Source of the DNA: Eledone cirrhosa
Taxonomy: Eukaryota
Assembly: GCA_964016885.1 (NCBI GenBank)
Contig: OZ024744.1
Coordinates: 68,758,001-68,822,000, forward strand
DNA length: 64,000 nucleotides
Reading direction: 5' to 3'
Shown here: positions 11,383 through 22,224 of the stretch, one piece after another
How the letters are laid out: each line of letters starts with the position of its first letter
Numbering within the stretch: position 1 is the stretch's first letter
Notes under the pieces: model-generated
The model's database searches: none
Seen by the model: the letters and a program-made list of their open reading frames with translations, nothing else
Told to the model about the DNA's origin: nothing
Made by a program: the position numbers and the translations under genes

Positions 11383-14300
11383 ATGACCTCACTCAGAATA
11401 GGCAGCATAAATGCGCGTGGCTTGGGGTCGTCATGGAAGCAGGGTCACCTGCTCAACGACCTCAGGTCACTAAACATAGATGTAGTGGCCATCAGCGAGA
11501 CCAGAATCTCCGAAGCACGGGCCTTCGCACCGATCTTCGGCGGCTACGATGTGTACGCATCTCCCAGCCGTCCTGGATCGGGTGGAGGAGTTGCTGTGCT
11601 TTTTCGGAGAGGTTTGGATCTCGCCATACGGGCCATCTTCCTGGACCCAGAGGGTAAGCTGGTGGTGCTGGACGTGACCAGCGGAGACGGGCAAGCTTTC
11701 AGGCTAGTGGCCGTCTATGCCCCGACAGGAGCAGGGCGGCCTGATTTCTTCCGGCGTCTGGAGACCTTTCTTGGAACGTCCCGCTCTTTAGTGTTAGTGG
11801 GCGACTGGAACGGGATCTTAGATGCACGCTGGGACTGTGTGGGATTAGCGGATAGGGGTGGAGGGTGCAAGAGCCTCACCAACCTGCTCAGGCGTTTTGA
11901 ACTGTCTGACAGGTACCGATTGGATTTCCCGAATGTGCCAATGTGGACTTGGACAAACCGCATAGGGTCATCCAGATCATATCTAGATAGAGTATTTTGT
12001 AGGGAAATAGATAGGTATAGCATAGGCTGTCCACAATTCAAGATAGTCAGTTACACGGAACACAAATTCGTGACCTGTGTGCTTGACTTAGATAGGCTTC
12101 ATAGACGAGGACCCGGCTACTGGAAGCTAAACGCGTCCTTACCAGCGCGCAAGGCCTACAGAGACCGGATTAGCGAACTAGTTAAGCGGGCGTTGACGGG
12201 GGCCATCGTCAACAACAAGTGGTGGTTTGCTCTGAAAAGAGCGATTAGAATAGAATCGATTAGGTTTAGTAAGGCTTTAGCAATAGAGAAAAATAGAGCA
12301 GAGGGAGAACTAGTTAAAAAATTAGACGAGGCGCTTAGCAAAGGCATTGCGACCGACGTGCTTGCGGCGAAATTGGCCCTTGACCAATTCTTCAATGCAA
12401 AGCACGAAGGCTGCGTTGTCAGAGCTAGGGTGCGTGCTCTCAGACACGAGGGGACGAAAGCCGTTCAATGGGCCCGAGTGGCGGAGGCGCGTCGTGGCAA
12501 CGAAGCCACGATCCGGTCTTTGGTGGACCACGACGGGCGCATGCTACTCGATCCCGGGCAAATGTGTGAAGCTTTTCAGCGACACTTCGCTCAGCTGTTC
12601 GGGGGCAGCGGTGGGCCGGGTAGAGGGATGGACTTTAGTGTCTACCTCGACGGACTGCCGCGGCTCTCGGCCACTGAGGCGAAGTGTTGCGAAAAGCCGA
12701 TAACAGCCGCTGAAGTAAGGGAGGCAATGACTGGCTGCACAAGGGGTAAATCGCCTGGTTTGGATGGTCTGCCCTATGAACTTTACGTACAGATGCCAGA
12801 CTTGTTCGGAGGCCTCTTGGCGGACGTCTACTGCAACTGGCAACAGAACGGGAGAATTCCCAGTTCTGTGAGCCGAGGAGCGGTGGCACTGCTGAGAAAG
12901 GATCCGAACAAGGGGGATAACATAGAAAATTTCCGGCCCATAACTCTGCTAAACACAGAGTTTAAGATTTTGGCCAAGGTGCTAGCAAAGAGGTTGGCGC
13001 TTGTCGTTGGTGGTCTGGTGGGAGAGGCGCAGACATGCGCCATTCCCGACAGATCCATCCACGACAACCTCCACCTCATGCGATACATCGTAGAGAGGGT
13101 AGCTAGGGAACCTGGCACGGGTGGGTCCTTGATCAATTTAGATCAGTCGAAAGCTTTCGATAGGGTCGACCATCGTTACCTAGCGGCAGTCCTGAGGGCG
13201 GCTGGCTTTGGGCCCGTCTTCAGAGGCTGGATCGCTGCCATGCACAGCGACATCTGCTCTGTGGTGAGAGTGAACGGTCACCTGTCGGAACCGTTCAACA
13301 TCATGCGCTCGGTCCGCCAAGGATGTCCCCTCTCGTCCCTCTTGTACGTATTGACTCTCGAGCCATTACTGCACGAACTGGAGACGTTGAGGGGAGTCCC
13401 GCGCGAACTAGGATGCGGAAGATCCGTGTCAGCATATGCGGACGATGTCACCGTAGTGGTGTCGAACGCCAAACACATCGAGGCGATCGGCACTACACTA
13501 AGAGAATACGAAGCGGTGACAGGAGCAATGATCAACCAGGAAAAGTCAGTGGGCCTGCAGCTCGGCACCTGGAGAGGCAGGTCCATGCCGTCCAACAGCG
13601 TCGTCGGGCGCTGGACGGACGGACCGGTTAAATTGCTAGGGGTCTGGTTCGGTCCGGACCTCCAGACGGACAAAAACTGGGACGAGGTGACGAGCAGGGT
13701 GGCTTCTCTCACCCAGAAATGGGCGGAGAGGAAGCTATCCCTGAAAGGTCGAGCGGAGGTGGCTAACGCGTACATCGCGTCTGTCATCTGCTACCGCCTA
13801 ACCGTCGTACCTTGTCCTAAGCCTCGCCTGACTGCGCTGGAGCGTTTGCTCTTTCGCTTTTTGTGGAAGGGACGTGCTCCGATGGTCAGGCGGTCCATCT
13901 GTTGTCAACACCCGCTACGTGGAGGGCTGGGCATGCCGTGGCTGATGATGCGCAGGCACGCGCTCAGGCTACGACATCTCCACCTCTTCCTCGACGGTGA
14001 TCAGGTGTGGTCGCCGTTTGCTAGACGCGTTTTTCCCCAGCTCGTTTCCTTGACGGAGCTGCAGTCCTGGGTCAAGCGAAGACCGAGAGGGAGCGCCTGG
14101 AGACTGGAATGTCTTCAGGCGCTCACAGCCCTCGACCAATCGGGCAATGTGATCGGTGGAAACTCCACCTCGGCGTTCTATAGAGGATTAGTGGAGGGGA
14201 AGAGCGACGACGTACTTGGGGAAACTCTAGGCGTCGACGAAAATCAACTAGCCAATCTCTTCGGAAGAACTTTCGGGCCAGGGCCTATGGACAACTTCCA

Positions 14301-14802
14301 GAAATCTCTGGCCTGGCAGTGCTACCGAGGAGCCTTGCCAGTTCGGGATAAACTCTACAGGCATGGAGGTGCCGTCAGCCGGGCATGTCCGAGATGCGCG
14401 CAGGGCGACGAAACCGTCCTGCACGCACTCGTCCAGTGTCCGAAAATTGCTGACTTGTGGGTTTATGTCGAACACCTGCTGTCGCGTTTAGGACGGATCC
14501 AGCTATCATCTGAGTCTATCGTGAGGATTTCCCCGCCCTCCTCCTTTAGCCGGGAAGGGCAGGCAGTTTTTATCTGTCTGGTGGCCATGGCGAAAGAGAT
14601 AGTATGGTGGACACGTTTGAAAGGGCTGAAGACGAGCACTTACCTCTTCGGTGATGCTCTGATTGACTTTTTCAAATTTCATTTGAAAAGGAAAATCAGA
14701 GTAGAGAAGGAAGTGCTCTCTTCCCAGCATTTTGTTGAAAGATGGGTGAGAGAAGAAAGAATGGCCCGAGTGAATGGGCCGACTCTGAGTATATATCTGT
14801 AA
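11383..14802 (+). CDS. ORF2 polyprotein APE-RT-zinc finger (1139 aa) of copy C
   Basis: AYADDV RT site. CPRCAQGDETVLHALVQC zinc finger. APE terminal motif reads YTEH. Confidence 0.96.
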   Translation: MTSLRIGSINARGLGSSWKQGHLLNDLRSLNIDVVAISETRISEARAFAPIFGGYDVYASPSRPGSGGGVAVLFRRGLDLAIRAIFLDPEGKLVVLDVTSGDGQAFRLVAVYAPTGAGRPDFFRRLETFLGTSRSLVLVGDWNGILDARWDCVGLADRGGGCKSLTNLLRRFELSDRYRLDFPNVPMWTWTNRIGSSRSYLDRVFCREIDRYSIGCPQFKIVSYTEHKFVTCVLDLDRLHRRGPGYWKLNASLPARKAYRDRISELVKRALTGAIVNNKWWFALKRAIRIESIRFSKALAIEKNRAEGELVKKLDEALSKGIATDVLAAKLALDQFFNAKHEGCVVRARVRALRHEGTKAVQWARVAEARRGNEATIRSLVDHDGRMLLDPGQMCEAFQRHFAQLFGGSGGPGRGMDFSVYLDGLPRLSATEAKCCEKPITAAEVREAMTGCTRGKSPGLDGLPYELYVQMPDLFGGLLADVYCNWQQNGRIPSSVSRGAVALLRKDPNKGDNIENFRPITLLNTEFKILAKVLAKRLALVVGGLVGEAQTCAIPDRSIHDNLHLMRYIVERVAREPGTGGSLINLDQSKAFDRVDHRYLAAVLRAAGFGPVFRGWIAAMHSDICSVVRVNGHLSEPFNIMRSVRQGCPLSSLLYVLTLEPLLHELETLRGVPRELGCGRSVSAYADDVTVVVSNAKHIEAIGTTLREYEAVTGAMINQEKSVGLQLGTWRGRSMPSNSVVGRWTDGPVKLLGVWFGPDLQTDKNWDEVTSRVASLTQKWAERKLSLKGRAEVANAYIASVICYRLTVVPCPKPRLTALERLLFRFLWKGRAPMVRRSICCQHPLRGGLGMPWLMMRRHALRLRHLHLFLDGDQVWSPFARRVFPQLVSLTELQSWVKRRPRGSAWRLECLQALTALDQSGNVIGGNSTSAFYRGLVEGKSDDVLGETLGVDENQLANLFGRTFGPGPMDNFQKSLAWQCYRGALPVRDKLYRHGGAVSRACPRCAQGDETVLHALVQCPKIADLWVYVEHLLSRLGRIQLSSESIVRISPPSSFSREGQAVFICLVAMAKEIVWWTRLKGLKTSTYLFGDALIDFFKFHLKRKIRVEKEVLSSQHFVERWVREERMARVNGPTLSIYL

Positions 14803-15064
14803 ACTAAAGGTGGAAAACTGGGAGAGGGCACTTGCCTTGGTGGTCAGGGTCATTGTGGCTTTTTACTGGGCTTTCTCCACAAATGTCCCTCCGAAGTCTC
14901 CCCCCTATTGGGGAATTTTTCATTGTTATTTTCATTGTTATTTTTGTTACATCCTCTGTTTTTGTTTTTTTACACGCAGAAATGCCCATTTGTACCGTCC
15001 TGCATTGTCCTGCACTGTCCTTAATGTCTACTTTATGTAAACCCTTGTGGTTAATAAAGAAATC

Positions 15065-15198
15065 ATTATTATTATTAGTTCTTATTATTATTATTCGTTC
15101 TTATTATTAGTTCTTATTATTTTTATTAGTTCTTCTTCTTATTATTATTATTATTAGTTCTTCTTCTTCTTATTATTATTATTATTGTTATTGTTATT
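15065..15198. repeat. Compound (TTA)n/TTAGTTC tract between Tx1 copy C and the R4/Dong element (tail to tail)
   Basis: Direct reading. Confidence 0.9.
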
Positions 15199-18100
15199 CC
15201 TTGAATCTCAATCATTGATGTTGGTTAACTGGAAAGTCCGTTGGATTGAATATCAAGCCACTACCTGCAGCCTCAGATATTCAGGACGTATCGGAGGGTT
15301 CTTGCTGTTCCAAGCAAGCATGCCTTTTGAAGCGTTCCAAAAAGCGTGAAGGGGCCGATTTTCTTTAACCATCCCTGGAAACTTTTGGAGATAGTCCCCA
15401 GTGCGCCTATGACAATCGGGATCACTTTGACTTCATGGCAGTTCCAAATCCTTTTCACCTCCTACTTTAGGTCCTGGTATCGCTTAATTTTCTCCCTCTC
15501 CTTCTCTTGCACTCTCGTGTCGAACGGGCAGGCCACATCCACAATCAGGCACGATCTTTTTTCTTTGTCCACAACCACCAGGTCAGGTCTATTGTGTTCC
15601 AGTTTTTTGTCCGTCTGTATCCTAAAATCCCACAGCACCTTCACCTGATTGTTCTCCATCACCGCCTCTGGCCTATGCTCATACCATTTCTCAGAATGTG
15701 GTAGATTGTTTACTTTGCACAGGTGCCAGTGGATCACCCTGCCCTTCACATCATGTCTCCAGCCCTTATAGTGGGTCTGGGCTAGGTGTTTACACTCGGA
15801 CACAATGTGAGCCACAGTCTCCTCTCTCTCTCCACAGATCCTGCACAGTGGGCTAGCCTCCTCCTTGTAGATATGGTGCTTCAACCACTTCGTTTTGAGG
15901 GCCTGCTCCTGCGCAGCCATTAGCATTCCTTCTGTAGCCTTTTTGAGGTCTCCTCTTCTCAACCAGTTCCATGTCTGTGGATCTCTAAATTCAGTTTTCT
16001 CAAAGAAGGTACTATGAAGGGATTTTCCCTTAAGGCTGCTCTTCCTCCTTGATGTTATTTCCTCCCTGGACATCCCCTGGCCTACTGTCCCCTCCTTCAG
16101 TACAGTTCTGAGCATTGGCTCCTTACTATAGGTCACGTATTTGTATAGGTTGTTTTTCTCCATCTGAACACAGTCCTCTATGCTGATAAGACCTCTTCCA
16201 CCCTCAGATCTCCTTAGGTAGAGTCTATCGACATCACTCCTCTTGTGGAACATGTTGTAGATAGTCAATAGCTTCCTAGTCTTCCTATCCATTTCTTTTT
16301 GTTCAGCAACATTCCATCTCAGAATTCCCGCACTGTACCTAATAATAGACACAGCTCGGGAATTTACTGCGCTTATGGCATTTCTGCTGTTCAGATGTGA
16401 CTTCAATACGCTCCTTACTCTCCGAATGTATTCAGTTCTTAACAATTCCTTCATTTTTTGGTTCTTTATGCCATCAGCCTCCAGAACGCCCAAATACTTG
16501 TATCCTTCCTCAGAGTCAATTTCCTTTATCATCTCACCTGTTGGTATCTGGATCCCGTTACTTCTGCTCAACCTACCCCCCTTCATCACAATGACTCCAC
16601 ATTTACCAATACCAAACTGCATACATATATCACTGCTGAAAATACGGACAGTGTCAACAAGCACATCCAACTCCTTCTCACTTTTCCCGAAGAGCTTAAG
16701 ATCGTCCATGAAGAGGAGGTGATTGATGGTAAGCTCTCCCCTTCCCAACTTGTATCCTGCTCTCACTTTTCGCAGCATAATGGTCAAGGGCATCAGGGCA
16801 AGGACAAACAACAGAGGGGACAGGCTATCTCCCTGGAAGATACCTCTCTTGATCTTCACGCTTCCCAAGGATACTCCAGTTGATGTCAACTCTGTCTCCC
16901 AGGACCCCATACTCCTGCCCAGCAACTGTCTGATGTTATCTGCCACCCTGAAGATCTCCAGGCTTTTGGTGATCCAGAAATGAGGCACCATGTCAAATGC
17001 CTTTCTGTAGTCTATCCATCCCATGGCAAGATCAGTGTGTCTCCTCCTGCAATTCCCCATTACCATCTTATCAATAAGCAACTGGTCCTTTGTACCACGT
17101 GACTTCTTTCGGCATCCTTTCTGTTCGTCCGGTAACAAGTTGTTTGTGTGGAGGTGATGGCAGATTTCCTCAGACACAATGCTCGTCAACAGTTTCCACA
17201 TTACGGGCAGACATGTGATAGGTCTATAGTTGGTAGCATCATTACCCTTGATTCGGTCTTTCATTATCAGAACTGTGGTACCTTTTGTCAACCACTCTGG
17301 CACCTCACCCGACACCAAGCAGTCATTGAACATGGCCGTCAGCTTCGGGTGGAGGGATGTTAAATGTTTAATCCAATACCCCTGCACACCATCTGGGCCT
17401 GGTGATTTCCAGTTGGTTAGTTTTTTGGCTTGCCCCTTAAGAGTTTCAACTGTGATACTCAAATCAGTCTGTTGCTGTGCCTGCTCACCGATCTCCCTCT
17501 GTACTGTCTCAATCCACCCTGCCTGGGCATTGTGTCTAACATCCCGCTCCCATATTCCTCTCCAGAATGTTTTAGTTTGTTCCGCCCCAGGGATCAAGTC
17601 GTTGCCTCCTTCTTTGGCCTCAAGCTGTCCAAACAGCATCTTCTGGTTGTTGTCGAACATGCGGTTCTGTTTATACTGACTGACTCTGTTCTCGTATCGC
17701 CTGATTTTGGCACTCTTTGCTACAATGCGTTGCTTCAATTCCTCTATGATAATATTTAGCTTTTTACTCCTAGTTTTGTATTTTATTTCCAGTCTATTTT
17801 TAGTGCCTATGTTTTTTAGTGTCCCATTCAGTAGTGACTCAAGCTTTCCTATGTCATTTCTCATTTCCCCGATTTGCCCACTCAGTCGCTTCTTCCACCA
17901 CGGCTCTGCTCTTTCTTGTCTGTTGTTTCCTCTCGCTTTTATACCAAGTAGTTTCCTCACCGTATTTGCTGTTGCTCTGAGGATATTGTTGCACTGGTGA
18001 AGGCTCCTCGCCTCAAGGTATGGGATGACTTTGTTTACCTTAGCTGTTGTTTCTTTTAACTTTTTCCTGTCTACAAATCTTAGGTTCATAGGTCTCCCAC

Positions 18101-18642
18101 TATCATTGTTCAATTCATCTACCACTAAATTTAGGATGTCAACCGAATCTTGTCCTAGCCCGTCAGCATTCATCTCCTCAGTGGCCGTATCTCTGTTCCA
18201 GGTATTATTTATCTCAGTACTCAGATCATTGTCTGCTTCGGGTGGTTCCTCCGTTCTCAGGACCTCCTCACCTTCATTTCCCACCGGCTCGCTTGTCTGG
18301 CATACTACACCCGCCATCTCCAAGCCATTCTCTCTGCTCAGTTCCTCCAGTTCCAGCTCGCTTATCCACCCATTAGTTCTTATTACCCGAGCCTGCCCGG
18401 CCAATTTTTGTTCATCTAATTTAAATAAACCAATCTCGTTCCAGATGTTATGCATCCGTCTCCTGTAGCCCCTCTCCTTGGGGTTACTTTTCAGGTAGCA
18501 TTGCATAACAGTTCTATTCAATTCTTTCGTCCAGTTGGTTCTGGCCCCTTTCCTTCTTCTCCTTCCTCCAACATCAGCAGTATTTGGTTGACAGTCAGGT
18601 TCCTGCTGCTGAGCCAGTCTGTCACATGAGTCTGTCACATGA

Positions 18643-18643
<1 letters not shown>
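15199..18643 (-). mobile_element. R4/Dong-clade non-LTR retrotransposon (RT + restriction-like endonuclease), probably 5'-truncated
   Basis: Single ORF with RT (QGDSLSPLLF, LLFMDDLKL), CCHC (CRICGEREETVAHIVSEC), RHD and PD..D-type RLE (RPDLVVVD...IVDVACPFD...EKIKRY). (TAA)n at both ends, the known Dong target. Confidence 0.92.
15273..18638 (-). pseudogene. R4/Dong ORF with one in-frame stop (TAG at 15462-15464)
   Basis: Reads YQDLK*EVKRIWNC in one frame. The related fragment at ~24550 has TGG (WELKRIW) at this codon. Confidence 0.88.
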
Positions 18644-18688
<45 letters not shown>

Positions 18689-18698
18689 GTTATTATTA
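18644..18698. repeat. (ATT)n microsatellite at the Dong 5' junction
   Basis: Direct reading. Confidence 0.95.
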
Positions 18699-18700
18699 TG

Positions 18701-18752
18701 GGGGTTTTTTCTCGTGCAATGGCCATACTCGATAACGAGGGGGCAGCCATCA
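18701..18752 (+). mobile_element. Very short 3'-end stub of an RTE-like LINE followed by an ATGT-type tail
   Basis: GGCCATACTCGATAACGAGGGGGCAGCCATCATGTATG resembles the 3' end at 19717-19755 (GGCCGTACTCGAAAACGAGTTGGCAGCCACCATGTATG) and the stub at 24604-24656. Confidence 0.6.
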
Positions 18753-19055
18753 TGTATGTATATATCTTCTTCTGGTTTTATAATTTAACAAATGTTTACC
18801 AATAGAGAGACAGAGAGGTTTCTAACATAGACACACGACTCTCCTCTCATTGGAATTTACACAACATCAACTAGGTAGATATGTCTGCATGCATGCATGT
18901 GTAGATATGGATGTTATTGTATGTGTGGATGTGGATGTTTTGAGTTGTATGTGTGCATGTGTATATGCTTTGCATCTGTTCATGTGTATATGCAGTTATT
19001 AGATGCAAAATCTTTGGAATTATGTATGTATGTATGTATGAATTGTGTATGTTAT

Positions 19056-19140
19056 GTATGTATGTATGTATGTATGTATGTATGTATGTATGTATGTATG
19101 TATGTATGTATGTATGTATGTATGTATGTATGTATGTATG
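19056..19140. repeat. (TATG)n microsatellite
   Basis: Direct reading. Confidence 0.95.
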
Positions 19141-19748
19141 TCAGGTCACCAGTTGGTGCTACTGGTAACATGTATCCCAGTACAACCTGTCTCATGGTCG
19201 GGTCGTTGGCGACTAAACTGGCAACCCCGCCAAGGTTTCTTGGTGAGGAGGGTGACTTTGGACATCCTGCAGGACTAAAAACAAAACCTGTCAAAGGGCA
19301 AAGGAGCTCTTAAGAGTCAATGGCCATCCAAAATCACCGGGAGAGATGACCCCTCAGCCTTTGTCAAGGCAGAATTCTAGGAGAAAGAAAACTCTGATAT
19401 AACACCTGCAACCCTGATGGTATCCAATGATGTTGATTTGTTCTTCTTTTTGGTAAATATCATCTTGGTTAAGAGAGTGGGACTGGCTTTGTGCAGTGCC
19501 TTTGCTCACTATAAAAGCTTCACGGCACAGGCATTGCTTTATATCTGGAGATCTCTCTGCACTTGTCGTCACATGGTACCATGGGCCCAGCACTATGTGT
19601 CAATAATTGTCACAAGTGTAGTGTTTGTACCAGAGTTTTCAAGTCGCTGGCTGGACTAAAAAGTCACACTCGTTCAGCGCATCGGTAGGGGTTCTCCTAC
19701 ATGGATATAAAGTAGTGGCCGTACTCGAAAACGAGTTGGCAGCCACCA
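19141..19748 (+). mobile_element. Internally deleted RTE-like element: UTR-like 5' part plus C-terminal C2H2 finger and 3' end
   Basis: 19611-19688 encodes HKCSVCTRVFKSLAGLKSHTRSAHR*, a CX2CX12HX4H finger of the type ending many RTE ORFs. Flanked by (TATG)n and CATGTATG. Confidence 0.6.
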
Positions 19749-20194
19749 TGTATGCATGTATGCACGATATATGTAGGGAGCCTATAGATCGGACAACACA
19801 CGCTGTCTTTTTCGTTGGGTAAGTTTGAATTAATTTTTGTATTCTGAAAATCAAAATACAACAAAATCTTTGTTCACTGGACTCTGGAAATAACCTGTCA
19901 GAAGTTGGGAAAGTTACACAAATATGATCATATATTTTTCTAGTGCAATCGTTATTTACATTTTACATTTTACATTGAATTACATCTCAATATAACATGG
20001 CTAAATTTCAAATTTTGAAAAAAGAAGGAAACGGACAAATAAAGTAGATACTCTCACTGCCCCTCGCCACCACAATAACATCTACACTACATTTACACCA
20101 CATTTACACCACATTTACACTCACACAAGTCAATATCCTATCTAGACTAAAGTCACTGACCTGCTACCGGGCCCCCTACTCTGTGTTGAATGTG

Positions 20195-20263
<69 letters not shown>

Positions 20264-21005
20264 GTGTATAATGGTAGGTATGGTGCTTCCATAGGCGGTA
20301 TGCCAAAATTAGCACTCAATATTCATACAGAGTAGAGTGTGAATAGTATTAAAAAAAACGCAAAATCAGTTTATTGCGTGTTACAATTGTTTCGCCGACA
20401 GGTAGCTCGAGGCATGATCACTGTATGAATCTGGCTGATTCTACGGCTGCAGGTTCCTTCGGACACGGGTAGTTCGTTCGGAGCAAATTTTCTCACTGGG
20501 GTGTTATCGTCAAAAAACACCTTCAAAAAACATCTTCCACTCTTGTCATACCATTGGCTGTTTGTTATTCTACGTCATCTTAAGTTCTGGTCACTATTTA
20601 CTGCTACACGGGTCATCAGCCATTTTTCCGTCTGACACACTTCAATGGAGTCATGCTGCGTTCGGTATCTCACACGTCTGTTCACACTCCAGAGTATGTA
20701 CCCACAAATGGGTGTGTGTGTGGGCGCATACGTACACCCACATAGGACAGGGTTTGTCTATGTGTTTATATACGGGTGTATATAAATTTGTGTATATATA
20801 GACGTGGGTGTCTGCGCGTGTATATATATGTTGTTATTTTTATTTTTATCCTTTATACTCTTCCCTTCATTCTACACATCTCACACATCTTATACACACC
20901 ACGCATCTCAACGTACACCCACTTACATCTCTCTCTCCACCACCGGACCTTGTTACCCGGAGATTTACCCATTTGCATTGTCGAGGCTTCCAAACGACTT
21001 AAAGA

Positions 21006-21045
<40 letters not shown>

Positions 21046-21046
<1 letters not shown>

Positions 21047-21519
21047 TAGCCGAATTACCCGCGCCTTGCTGCGTTTCGCACATTTTTTCATTTTTTTGTA
21101 AGAAAATGATGATTGATTTAAAATCAGTGATATAATTTATGGAGAAAAACTCTGCATTTCAATATTACTCAACGTAAGATGTAATGTATGAAAAATTGGA
21201 ACACATTTTTTGTAATATATCAAATCCAAATTACATTATTAAATCTTATTCTTATTTTGTTTTTTGTAAATAATTTTTTTCAAAATGTCAATCCAAAACT
21301 TTTGTGAAGAGGCATCATTTCTTGTCATTTACCTATGGTTTAAATTTCAGATAAATCGAAGGGAAAAAAAATTTCAACGGGGGTTTGTGCCTCCGGGGAA
21401 CGGTTTGATTAAAATGAAATATACTTATACAAGTACCCTGGGCAATGTAGTTTCAGAATATATTTGGTTATGGGGTCTATCTCCGAAAACCATACAAACA
21501 GACAGGAACTATAACTTTC

Positions 21520-21525
<6 letters not shown>
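21046..21525 (-). mobile_element. Non-autonomous Helitron-like element
   Basis: Minus-strand 3' end GC-rich segment ...GCGCGGGTAATTCGGCTAG|T. The 5' end merges into a microsatellite, so that boundary is approximate. Confidence 0.55.
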
Positions 21526-21553
<28 letters not shown>

Positions 21554-21575
21554 TGTATGTATGTATGTATGTATG

Positions 21576-21655
<80 letters not shown>

Positions 21656-21899
21656 TGTGTGTGTATATATTTCCCTGGATTTCAAAAAATCTGTGGATAA
21701 AATCTCTGTTTAACACTTGTAACACACAATAAATTGAGTTCAGATGCATCACTGATTTTTCGTTTTATATTATATCATACTCTGCTCTGTAAGAGCATAG
21801 AGTGCTCAACCGGCATAAGCCTATGGAAGCGCCTTAGCTACCATCAGACACACACACACACACACACATACACACACTCACACACACACACATACACAC

Positions 21900-21988
<89 letters not shown>

Positions 21989-21989
<1 letters not shown>

Positions 21990-22200
21990 CGAAGGAAAGG
22001 TGGTAAGGAACCAGGTGGACCATAACGCACCAAAGTACTCAATACTTAGGGTAGTAGAGTGGGTAATGGGATAATGGGAACAAATAAGACCCCGACGGCT
22101 GAGCTCAAGCCGTTTCGACGGCTAATTCTGTACTCATGTACAGAATTAGCCGTCGAAACGGCTTGAGCTCAGCCGTCGAGGTCTTATTTGTTCCCATTAT
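21989..22200. repeat. Fold-back element with 63-bp inverted arms (22071-22133 / 22138-22200) in (TA)n
   Basis: One mismatch between arms and a 4-nt loop. The leader (GGTAAGGAACCAGGTGGACC...) is shared with 34170-34355. Confidence 0.85.
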
Positions 22201-22224
22201 ATATATATATATATATATATATAA

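Larger units (their letters stand above)
9035..15064 (+). mobile_element. Tx1/L1-clade LINE copy C, full length, with divergent 5'UTR/ORF1
   Basis: Same layout as copy B. ORF2 nearly identical to B, but 5'UTR and ORF1 only distantly similar. AATAAA at ~15053, then an (ATT)-rich tail. Confidence 0.94.

Noticed and set aside
281-18468. Antisense and alternative-frame ORFs overlapping the LINE ORFs
   Set aside because: Shadows of coding or low-complexity sequence. They recur only because the elements are repeated, and they carry no motifs.
20389-20465. Possible hammerhead on the minus strand (CCGAAGGA...GAAAC)
   Set aside because: The core departs from CUGANGA and the stems are unconvincing. 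At most a decayed Penelope-like remnant.
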